From assembly GCA_044892505.1 (NCBI GenBank), contig CM097882.1, positions 137,826,001 to 137,868,611 of the forward strand: a stretch of 42,611 nucleotides of DNA, in the 5' to 3' direction. The translations under genes and the position numbers were made by a program. Source of the DNA: Schmidtea nova. Taxonomy: Eukaryota. The stretch's first letter is position 1. Every line of letters starts with the position of its first letter. Below the pieces are notes generated by a model. That model worked only from the letters and a program-made list of their open reading frames with translations. It was not told the DNA's origin and made no database searches. This document shows positions 23,780 to 34,612 of this stretch, one piece after another.

Positions 23780-24730
23780 GATCTATCAAAAAAGAAAAGG
23801 CTAAATTCACGATTGTATTGCCATATAAGGAGAAGTTTATTGATCATTAAAGAAAAATAAGTAAGCACTTGAGTGGTTTAAACTTCAGGATTGACTCAAA
23901 TTCATGCAAAGTGAGTAGAGCTTTCCCACCTATAACACAGTTTTCCATAAACACGGTAAAGGAAATAGTGTCAAATAATCGTATAACACGTTTTCCTTTA
24001 ATACGATTTTCCTTTAAAAATACTTATCGTTTAACATAGTCTTTTCCGGGAACCTAACTATCGCGTTATAGTAGGGAAACCTGTGGTATGTTAGTTAATA
24101 AGTCACAAATTCCGGTTGGATTGTGTCAACATCTCATTTATCAATTTATATGTAATGGGTGTAATTCCACGCACATCGGAGAGACTGTCCGTCATCTCTG
24201 TACTCGAGTTCTTGAACATGTTCGACTGAAAAGAGAGTCAAATATAATGATCATAATAAAGACTTTAAGAGAAAATTTGGTATGTTTAATTTGAAATTTT
24301 TTTTGAAAATCATAATAATCATTATGAACGTATTATATGTGAAGCGTTGTTGATAAGACCTTTGAATCCAAATTTATTGTGCAAAATGCAGTGAACACGT
24401 GTATTTTGAATGTTTTTAAATAGTTTGTATGTAAGCATAGGTGTGTTGTATTAATCGAATTGAAAGATTAAATTAGTTTTGTTAAAATAAAATTAATAAT
24501 TTTTTCAAAATTTAAATAAGTCATTAATAATTAAATTTTTATAAATAATTTAAAAAAATAATTTTTTGATTAATTTTTAATAAATAAAAAATATACGTAT
24601 ATTAAAATAATATTTAAAATTGAAAATATATAATTATAATTAATAATTTGTTTTAATAAATTGAATTAAACTGTTTTTTTTCTGGGTGTCTATTGCCTGA
24701 AGAGGACAGAAAGTCTTTCGAAATATATAA
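23780..24730 (+). mobile_element. Decayed Penelope-like 3' fragment (linker, GIY-YIG, 3' UTR, hammerhead-like relic)
   Basis: FTIVLPYKEKF..., LIYQFICNGCNSTHIGETVRHLCTRVLEH, ICEALLI; ends with CTGAAGA..gac agaaa gtc..GAAATAT at 24697-24728. It appears interrupted by a short Tigger-like insert (~23935-24085). Confidence 0.8.
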
Positions 24731-25635
24731 TACAAAGATAATATTAGTGGCGTTTATATATATATATTATTATAGGTCTTAGTGCGGTTGTAGTTTGTGT
24801 TTTTAATTTGTTGTATGTGTGAATGTAGAGGAGATTTGTAGAACCCGAGAGAGTCCGACGTTATTAATGTGTCGACACTCGGGGTGTGTGCTGTGTCGTG
24901 CGGTAATAAGATAACAATTAAATATAACAATGTGTAAATGATATAATAAAATAAACGGAACTATTATTAATTTATAAAACTTTATTATCGACAGTATAAT
25001 AAAAAACCACGAAAATGTTACTTGATTTACACAAGAAAAATAATGTTTAGATTGAAAAATGTTCTTTGATCGTTTATCTTGTTTAAATTAATTTAGCGTA
25101 ACTCAGATAGTCTTCTTTCAAAATATAGATATTTATAAGGATAACTTGTAAAGTCGATTCTGAAAGTTCGGATATTCTTCTTTCAAAATATAGAGATTTA
25201 TAGTGATAGTTTCGGAAATCTTTTTGAAAGGGATCTTCTTTTAATAATCTATTTTATATTTTATTGTAACTCGGATGATTTTCTTTCGGAATATAGAGAT
25301 TTATAGAGATGACTTCGGATAATCTTCTTCTGGGATATAGTGATTTATAGCAATAACTTTGGAAGTTGTTTTTATAAGGGATCTTCTTTTAATAATCTAT
25401 TTTTATTTGGTTGTAATTCAGGTAATCTGTTTAATATTTTCTAATAAATTTTTAATCAATTTTTATTTAATTCTGAATTCAGCTTACTATAGTTTCCTAT
25501 AGTAAGCTATTTGAATTCAGAATTTAAATTTCATAATTAAATTATTTAATTATTTTATTCTAGGCATTTATAAAAAATAAAAGGGGGGGTTCCTGGTGTC
25601 CGCAAGGGCACCGTCCATAGTAATGACGGCGCTTA

Positions 25636-25782
25636 NNNNNNNNNNNNNNNNNNNNNNNNNNNNNNNNNNNNNNNNNNNNNNNNNNNNNNNNNNNNNNNNN
25701 NNNNNNNNNNNNNNNNNNNNNNNNNNNNNNNNNNNNNNNNNNNNNNNNNNNNNNNNNNNNNNNNNNNNNNNNNNNNNNNNNN
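25636..25782. other. Assembly gap (other gaps: 29776-29956, 34245-34447, 39097-39230, 39955-40262)
   Basis: Runs of N. Confidence 1.
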
Positions 25783-25950
25783 TGTTAATATTTATAACTA
25801 GACAATAGCTATATCTAATATGTCTAGTCATGAAATAAAATAATTTATAGAATTTCATAATAAAACTATGAAAAATAAAAAATTGGAATTATTTTACACA
25901 CATAAAATAGTAAAATTACGTTCTACTAGTTGAACTAATATTTAATTCAG

Positions 25951-26269
25951 GATGTTTTAGAAAGTCATCCGGGCTTGACATTTTTGCTCTCTGCCCGAGA
26001 TTTTCACTCTCGATACATTGCTACAGTTGTATACAGAATATTTTTCGGTGTAAATTCATCCTGGTCTGGTAAAATCACTTTGCAAGAATTGGAAAAATCC
26101 GATTTATTATTAATATTGGAATCGTTAGAAACAACAGACGATATCAACACAATTACACAGTATTTCTCATATGAACATTTCTACGTTATTTATTGCAAAT
26201 TCTGGGAACTGGACGAAGATCACGATTTGGTTATTAGTAAGGCAGATTTAGCTCGGCATAACAACTATG
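25951..26269 (+). CDS. PPP2R3: PP2A B'' exon (EF-hand region)
   Basis: DVLESHPGLTFL...FHSRYIATVVYRIFF.VN.SWSGKIT...FSYEHFYVIYCKFWELDEDHDL...LARHN is the hallmark B'' sequence; ttcag/gtaat boundaries. Confidence 0.97.
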
Positions 26270-27066
26270 GTAATTTTTGTATAAAATTTAGTGAATCTAG
26301 TCTTTTAAATATATAATAAATCTTATTATGCAACAAAATTTTGGTTGACAGAAAACTGCGGCGTATTATATACAATATTTAATATAGAAAATTCATTAAA
26401 GCAAAATTTTATTTTTTTACTTAGTGACTGTCAGACAAAGTTCGAACAGAATTATGCCTCGGTGTCGTTTTGATTTATAGTTCCTAGGATTTAGATGTTC
26501 AGAAAATAGATACAAATTGTATCATTCAATAAAACTATTGTCGTAGAGATTTAGAGAAATAACTCCGAGTTCAATTTTTAAAACGAGTTTAAAACTGATT
26601 TGTTTAAATGCAGTGGTCAGTTACCAGAGTAAATTATCACAAAATAGGGAGAAGGGAAGTAGGCGAAAAAATATATATAAATAACTATACTATTTTATGT
26701 TAATTGAGACGTGAGTACTATTTGGTTGTAAAATTTTATTTTGCTGACTTGTTTATTTCGGGTGGTGACATGTTTAAGGTGACGTAAGAGTGACAGTTTT
26801 GAGCTGAAAGGAAACATGTTTAATTCGAACTGGTAATATAGAAACAAAAATATATAGTTTAGGGTAATATCTGTAGGAAGCTAGCCAACTTCTGGTGTAA
26901 TCATAAAATAAGTGTAGAAACATTCATTCCGTGTTAGAGATTTTGAGAAGTGGAATTCTTATTTTGTGATACTAAATGTGAACTGATTTTTAATAATCAG
27001 AAATTTGTTCATTTAAGCCTTATGGCTTATCAAAAAAATTCAAATTATAAGTAGTAAGTTAATAAA

Positions 27067-28256
27067 ATAAGTTGTCCGGAATGAAATGTCCGAATGATAT
27101 ATAATAACTTTAAATCATCATAACTTTTTTATATAAAACGTTTTTCTTTATTTTAACGTTCATTTGAAAGCTCTTATTTAAAACTCAAATACTAAGAAAG
27201 ATTTATAATAATGTAATTACTATAAATTTCATTTTCAAAAAGAAATGTACAAGTTAGAAAATCATGATTTGAGACTTCATCATTTATATGAGTGGAAATC
27301 GAAGAACAATTCAGTTGTGGTGAAGAAGAATATTAATAATTTTTTGGGAGCGATACAGTTAATGACAAAACTATTAGGCATTGACTCAAACAATATGATG
27401 ACGGCGAAATCGATCATGAAAATATGCCTCGCGGTAAACCTAATATCAAGCTGTTAGAGGAAGATTTACGTGAAGCTGTTCCATAGCCAATTGCTATGGT
27501 CAAAAAGCTTCAAAAATGGGTCCCATATGAATTGCAGAAATTAAACAGATTTCAAACTTGCTTATCTTGTCATACACGACATCGAAAATCATCTTTTCTT
27601 AATAATTTTATTACCTGTGATGAAAAATGGATTCAATATGATAGTCGTAAGCGGTCAGGAGAATGGCTGCATAAACATCAATGTCAAAATCAGTTTCCAA
27701 AACCGGAACTTCGCCAAAAGAAAGTCATGCTCTCAGTCTGGTGACTATGTATGGTGTAATACATTATTGTTTTCTGAAAATGGGTACAACAATCAATTCT
27801 GAACGAAACTGTGTAGAACTAGAAAGAATGGGTGAAAGATTCACCATTAGTTACCTTGCAACTGTTAATAGAAAAGGCCCAATTATCCTGCATTATAACA
27901 CCAGGCCTCACGTATCGAAAGTCACTGTCAACAAATTACACAACTTAGGATTTGAAATTTTACCGCATCAACCTTACTCACCCGATCTATCACCAACTGA
28001 TTTCGACTTATTTAAGTTTTTATATCAAGAGCAGGAAGTTCAAAGATTTGGAGGAGATAAAATCGAATGTTATCACTTTCGTGAACTTCAAACATGAGAC
28101 TTTTTTAAAGAAGGTATAAAAAAGCTGCTTCCACGATGGCAAGAGTGTATTAATGTTGATGGATCATATTTAGATTAAAATATAAATGTTTAAATATATT
28201 TGTACGTCTTTTGAATTATAATCCATTTAGCGGACATTTCATTCCGGACAACCTAA
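27067..28256 (+). mobile_element. Mariner (DD34D) element with pseudogenised transposase
   Basis: ~26-bp TIRs (TTAGGTTGTCCGGAATGAAATGTCCG; left copy has 2 mismatches), TA after the right end. Motifs WVPYEL, TCDEKW, HYNTRPH, PYSPDLSPTDFDLF are split by stops and frameshifts. Confidence 0.95.
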
Positions 28257-28837
28257 TAATTATCTAAAAGAATATCCAAAATATTATCGTTTTCACTCGA
28301 TATTGTGGACACGAATTTTCATTTAATAACGAGTAAAGATTTGTGCAATTTAGAACTATAAATCATATTATCATTAAAATTAATAATCATCTTCACCTTC
28401 AGTTTTTCAATTTCAATAATTTTCATTGTTTTTCAGGCAATAGATCAAACATTTCTCTATTCAAAAGAAATTTTTTTGGATAGTTTTTTTGCTATTGAAT
28501 AATGAATAATGTTGAATTTAGATAACTCGGTCACTCTAATAAATACAGATTTTTCAGATTTGAATATCAAATTCTTTGAATTTAGTCATATTCTAATTGA
28601 AATACGATTATTTTCTTTTGGGTGACCTTTCTCTTTGTCGCATTTGACCTGTTATCTAAGATCTTGTTAATTTTAATTTTTCGGAATATAGTTCAATATA
28701 TTTTCAATTGAAAGCATATTGATCTAGAGTCTGCAAAAATGAAAATAAACGATATATAGTTGTAATTTTATAGATATAAGTACTATATAATTAGTTGTAA
28801 TCCCACAATTATCATTTCTATAATTGTATTTTGTTAG

Positions 28838-28886
28838 CCGTCTCAGAACGAATGATTGAAAGAATATTCAGTGGAGCTGTAACGAA
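28838..28886 (+). CDS. PPP2R3: PP2A B'' exon
   Basis: AVSERMIERIFSGAVTK matches ALSTKMIDRIFSGAVT; phases fit. Confidence 0.93.
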
Positions 28887-28932
28887 GTAAAATAAAAAGT
28901 CGCATTTTGATTTCAATTAATAAAAACTTTAG

Positions 28933-29019
28933 AAGCCGTGCTCGAACAGAAGGTCTAATGACATACACAGAATTTGTATGGTTTTTGTTATCGGAAGAAG
29001 ATAAAAGACATCCGCGAAG
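28933..29019 (+). CDS. PPP2R3: PP2A B'' exon
   Basis: Follows a 46-nt intron; SRARTEGLMTYTEFVWFLLSEEDKRHPRS. Confidence 0.95.
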
Positions 29020-29100
29020 GTAAATATTGAAGCTTGTCAAAGTTTTTTTATTTTTCTGAATTATTATTGCAGTTTAACATGTTTAATACTCTTAAACATT

Positions 29101-29102
<2 letters not shown>

Positions 29103-29182
<80 letters not shown>
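29103..29182. repeat. (TA)n microsatellite
   Basis: Directly visible. Confidence 0.99.
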
Positions 29183-29185
<3 letters not shown>

Positions 29186-30105
29186 GGGCCGTAACAAGGC
29201 ATTATTGCGCCCTGTGCGGTTCACATATCTGGCGCACCCAGCACGCGAATTCAAAACAGCCTATTATAATAATTATAATGTTCATGTTAAGATTGTTAAC
29301 TATGTATTCATCTCCAGCTATTGTAATAGGTAGTAAGGCTCTTAAAATTCTGTTGCTAATTGAAAAAATGACAAGAACCAATTTTGTGGACTAAAGTTTT
29401 ACAAAATGAAACTTTTATTTTTATCATCAACAAGCTGGTATAGTAATGGAGTTGTAAGATTTTATAAATAATATTATATAACCAGCTTATTCAAACTTAT
29501 TTAATATAAACTTTGTGAGCTTTTGATGATGCAAAATCGTCAATAATGTTGTCATAGTTCAAAGAATTTGCAAAATAAATTTCAATTGACACACTTTATC
29601 AACTTGTCAAAAGTTCCAAAATACACACCTACGAAGGCACGCTAATGGACCAGTCCAACCAGTAATGTTAAAAATAGGCTAGCTAGGGTGTCGTTTTTTA
29701 CGGGCATGCCATTTGATAATTTTCTTTATTTATATTTTTTTTATTTTTTGGTAGTATTAAAAAAATTCATCCCAANNNNNNNNNNNNNNNNNNNNNNNNN
29801 NNNNNNNNNNNNNNNNNNNNNNNNNNNNNNNNNNNNNNNNNNNNNNNNNNNNNNNNNNNNNNNNNNNNNNNNNNNNNNNNNNNNNNNNNNNNNNNNNNNN
29901 NNNNNNNNNNNNNNNNNNNNNNNNNNNNNNNNNNNNNNNNNNNNNNNNNNNNNNNNAGAATATTTTTTATTCATTGTCAAAATATATAACATTTTTTATA
30001 TAATACAATTGCGTACCGAAGCATTTATATAGAGACAATTGACAAGGACAGTAGGATTCGAGTGGTTGCAATGTGTTTGTATTTTTTTAAAACTATAATA
30101 ATACT

Positions 30106-30457
30106 AGGTAATTGTAAGGCGCCTAAGGCGCCCGTTGACAAATCATAAAAGTTTATTTTGCAAAATAAAAATTAAAAATTAATCAAGAGTTGCAACTCAA
30201 GTGAAGGTGCTTATTGAATCGAATCCACAGCAAGAAAATCTTTGAATGATCAAAGACAATTCACACGGAATGTAGTTTTTCAAGACGTTCTTCAATAAAA
30301 ACAATTTTTTTGCCATTCCATATATATATATAACAGAAATAATTTTCAATTGCTTAAGAATAAAAGAAATTTAATTTTTAATAAAAATTTCGTACATCAA
30401 ATTGTTCTTTTATTTTATTATTTGTCAACGGGCGCCTTATGCGCCTTACAATTACCT
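30106..30457. mobile_element. MITE with ~45-bp terminal inverted repeats, superfamily unassigned
   Basis: AGGTAATTGTAAGGCGC(C/A)TAAGGCGCCCGTTGACAAAT(C/A)ATAAAA at both ends in inverted orientation; no TSD recognisable. Confidence 0.8.
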
Positions 30458-30468
30458 CACAATTACTA

Positions 30469-31105
30469 TTATCCTAAACGTTGCCTATAATCTTTCGCCT
30501 TTTATCCTAAATGTGTCCCTATAATCTTTCGCCTTTTATCCTAAATGTTTCCATATAATCTTTCGCCTTTTATCCTAAATGTCTCCCTATAATCTTTCGC
30601 CTTTTATCCTAAATGTTTCCATATAATCTTTCGCCTTTTATCCTAAATGTTTCCATATAATCTTTCGCCTTTTATCCTAAATGTTTCTCGATTCAATAGT
30701 GTTAGAATCATAGTGTTAGAAAATGATAGTGTTAGAATCAACCAATCAGCGAGCGTTATAGAATCAGTCAGTGAATCAGTGATGAGCGTAATTATTATAT
30801 GGATGTCTCCCTATGTTTCTTTATAATCTTTCGCCATTTATCCTAAATGTCTCCCTATAATCTTTCGCCTTTTATCCTAAATGTTTCCATATAATCTTTC
30901 GCCTTTTATCCTAAATGTTTCCATATAATCTTTCGCCTTTTATCCTAAATGTTTCCATATAATCTTTCGCCTTTTATCCTAAATGTTTCTCGATTCAATA
31001 GTGTTAGAATCATAGTGTTAGAAAATGATAGTGTTAGAATCAACCAATCAGCGAGCGTTATAGAATCAGTCAGTGAATCAGTGATGAGCGTAATTATTAT
31101 ATGGA
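30469..31105. repeat. 34-bp minisatellite arrays with a duplicated ~115-bp spacer block
   Basis: Unit taatctttcgccttttatcctaaatgtttccata (~6 + ~5 copies); block gattcaatagtgttagaatc...attatatggat repeated 301 bp apart. Confidence 0.93.
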
Positions 31106-31693
31106 TTTTACTTATCTGCAGTTTTTTAAACCATAGATTATTGTGTTACTTTATATTATCACTCAATAGTTTTGTTGGGTAAAACTGAGTATAATAAATC
31201 TAATTTTAAATCAAGCTATAACATAACATGTAGAGATTACAAGAGAAGTTTATTTAAATAATTGAACAAAGACCAAGTAAACAAAAATAAAATAACATGT
31301 AAGAAAAATTTAAAACAAAAATGAAGATTAACCTCAGTAAGAGGCAAGAAGTAAACACGAAGGAAATTAACTACAGCAAATTAATAAAAATTTGATAAAT
31401 TCACAAATTTTAAAATTTTAAAATTTCAGGAAATTTGATAATTAATTATTTCAATTTTAATAGTTTAATGATAAAATTAAAAAGAAAAATAGTAAAAATT
31501 AAAAATAAATTATATTAGTCAAAATCAGTGTAAAGTATAAAAATTTAAGTAAAGATGTAGTACCTCAGACTTTTCAATTTAATTATGACATTAAATTATT
31601 AATTAAATTATAATTGTAATATATTAAATGAACTTTTTTTCTTTTTATTTTAAATAAGAAAAAAATGCACTTTTTCACATTCAAAAAACTAAA

Positions 31694-32253
31694 ATGACGA
31701 ACATGCTCCAAAAAGAATTTACAATTATAAAATCAAAATCCGAAGTGAAATCCAATAAAATGTTTTTTAATCCAAATGAAACGATGAATCAGAGATCTAC
31801 GGAAATATCGAATGAAAAGAAGCTATTTGGATCCAATACTAATACTTATAGACTATCGGATTGTGTCAGTAACAATCATCAATCATTGAATACGGGAATT
31901 CTTTCATCCTCATCTCAATTATGTCCTCCGCCTGGAAGGGCAAATGCTCATTTACTTCAACAATTTCAAAACAATTTCAAAACAATTCCCAATATTTTTC
32001 GTTGCTAAACATTAGCAATGTGACTTCGATTTTTAGTGGCTGCAATATGAATCAGATTAATGAGTTTTCCGATGTCGGCCCTTTGGATGTCAATCAGACC
32101 CATCAATCGTTTATGCATAGTGAAACCAATAAGCAATTCAACCAAATACCATCGAATCCCAAACACAATACATGTGATGTTCAAACAAGGCCGAATCCCA
32201 GAACAATCAATAAAAATCAACTGGTTAGGCTGTCAAAGATTAGCGATTACTAA
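31694..32253 (+). pseudogene. Intronless N/S/Q-rich ORF (182 aa) split by an 11-bp tandem duplication; product unknown
   Basis: ORFs 31694-32008 and 31921-32253 fuse in frame if one copy of caatttcaaaa (31961-31982) is removed (549 nt). Confidence 0.45.
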
Positions 32254-32834
32254 AGTCAATCAACTAATTCATCATTTATTGTAGATTGGAATATAATGTA
32301 TTTTGTTCTTAATCTTTTTTTATTTTACATTAAAATAGAAATTTATTTTTAGTCTAAATAAAATAAATCTTTTTAAATTAAAATAAATAAAAGAAAAGAA
32401 AAGAATATTTTAGAAGCTGTTTAAATACATTAATTTAATCAAATGTCTAAAAAATGTTATATAATCAGTTGCTATTTTCAGTTAAAATTAACACTTTTTT
32501 GAGAATTCGGAGAAAATTTCATGAAGATTATATTCTTTTTTCTGAAAATACTTTATCAATTCTCAGAGAACAACAAGCAGTAAAATAATCTTAATATATT
32601 AAGAAAAAAATTAAAAGATTTTACTGTTTTACTATGTTTAATATCAAAAGGCTTTTGTAAAATAAATTTAGCTTATTAATTTGAATTTTTGCCTAGTCAA
32701 ATTATATATTTACCGTTCGTAATTTCTGTAATATTTAATTTTTAAAATTTTTCTTTACTTTCTTAAAGTATTGTTATTTACATATTATTATAAGTAACAA
32801 AATTTTTAAAAATAATTTAAATATATCACATCAA

Positions 32835-33100
32835 ATATCAGTATAGTTTACCCTTCCTTGTTCTTGATTTATATATTTCTGTAAATGCAACTTTAAAAGC
32901 TCATCGTATTCACTTAGATATTCTTTGCAAGTTAAGTAATTTGTTTTTTTCTTGTTGGAAAATTTACTTTCATCGTGACCCCTAAATCCTGATCCTCGGC
33001 TGCCTTGTAGTTTTATTGTAGATACAATTCGTTTCCATACTTCTCTCCAATAATATACTTCCTTTTCCTCTTGCTTTTATAGTTGCGTATCAATTCTATT
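32835..33100 (-). pseudogene. Decayed hAT transposase fragment (DUF4371/ZMYM1-like)
   Basis: YWREVWKRIVSTIKLQGSRGSGFRGHDE...NYLTCKEYLSEYDELLKLHL matches the YWR.V..RI...I......GL.FRG.DE...GNYL pattern. Confidence 0.7.
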
Positions 33101-33739
33101 AAATTTGGTTGATCTCTTATACATTGTATACATAACTGAAATATGTTCTTTTGAAATTTCATGGTGCGATAAAATAACAATAATTGATCTCCAATTTTGC
33201 AAGCTAGTTATTACTTTTTACTTCGATGTTGAAAAGAATTTTCCAAATGTAGCAATAAACACTTTTGTTTGTTTCTGAAAATATCAAATAATTTCTTTTA
33301 TCCATGGTTCCATTAGATTTGTTCTATGAAAGTGATCATTAGAAAGTTGTCTGTAATATATTTTATCTAGTGATTTCATATTTTGTAAAAAGAAAATTTA
33401 ACATTCATTTTCGTGTTTAAAATCGGAGGAAAAAATCGGAAAAAATGTTTTAGTCTTTTTATTAATAGAACATGACAAACAAGGTTTTTTAATTTTGTGT
33501 GTTAGTTTGTATACTGGAAAAAGAAGTTATCAGTTTTTTGGTGGAGAGACTGTACTTTTTAGTTTCTGGTGCTGGTAAAAGAAAATCAACAAAAAATTGA
33601 ATACAAGTGTTATAAAACAATTTTTAACTTAAACACTTAAAAAATCGGATTTTTTGGACCACTTACAAGCACGGGGCCCCCGCGGCCTCTTTTTCCGCGT
33701 AGTGTATAATAATTTCCGTTTGGGAATGTCTGATTTTAA

Positions 33740-34175
33740 CATATTATCAAAATATCTTAATAATCAGGATGAACGTATTATATGTGAAGCGTTGTTGATA
33801 AAGGTTTTGAATCCAAAAATGAATGTGCAAAATGCGGTGAACACGTGTATTTTGAATGTTTTTAAATAGTTGAGATGTTAGCATGGCTGTGTTGAATTGA
33901 TTGAATTAAATTATAAAATTAGATTTTTTTTAAATAAACTATGTTAAATGAATAATTTTAAAATATTGGTTAATAATTAAAATTTTGTAAATCATTTTAA
34001 TAAAAAAATAATTTTTAGATTGATTTTTTGAATAAATTAAAAGTGTATTTTTATTTGAATAATATTTAAAAAATCTTATATTATATTTTAGAACTTGTTT
34101 TTATAAATTCAGTTAAACATAATTTTTTTTCTGAATGACTTTTTTCTGAAAACAATAGGGAGTCTGTCGAAATAT
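33740..34175 (+). mobile_element. Decayed Penelope-like 3' end, paralogous to 24300-24730
   Basis: ERIICEALLIKVLNPKMNVQNAVNTCILNVFK* and an AT-rich UTR closely similar to 24325-24730; ends in a CTGAAAA...GAAATAT relic. Confidence 0.75.
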
Positions 34176-34480
34176 GTAGATTGTTTTTGGAGAATAGGCT
34201 TATTTTGTTACTTATTTATTAATTAATTTAATACTTAATGCTGCNNNNNNNNNNNNNNNNNNNNNNNNNNNNNNNNNNNNNNNNNNNNNNNNNNNNNNNN
34301 NNNNNNNNNNNNNNNNNNNNNNNNNNNNNNNNNNNNNNNNNNNNNNNNNNNNNNNNNNNNNNNNNNNNNNNNNNNNNNNNNNNNNNNNNNNNNNNNNNNN
34401 NNNNNNNNNNNNNNNNNNNNNNNNNNNNNNNNNNNNNNNNNNNNNNNACTATAGATCAAAATTTTTTTTTATAAACAATA

Positions 34481-34513
34481 ACACAATATTTCGGCACAGC
34501 CTTTATCAAGTGT
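34481..34513 (-). ncRNA. Minimal type I hammerhead ribozyme (U3-A8 variant), mirror copy
   Basis: Exact reverse complement of 38986-39018. Confidence 0.65.
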
Positions 34514-34612
34514 GTATTTCTATCGTTATATTTACTTAATCCTAAATAGTAGCCTTAATTATTTTTTTAATATTTTATAATGATTTTATTGGATGAAAAA
34601 ATTTATTTTATT

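Noticed and set aside
25568-25858. ORFs containing X runs (also 29688-30032, 34235-34474, 39066-39293, 39800-40300)
   Set aside because: They are open only because they cross N gaps.
33668-33705. GC-rich palindrome-like patch as a Helitron 3' end
   Set aside because: No properly spaced CTRR terminus and no linked 5' TC end identified.
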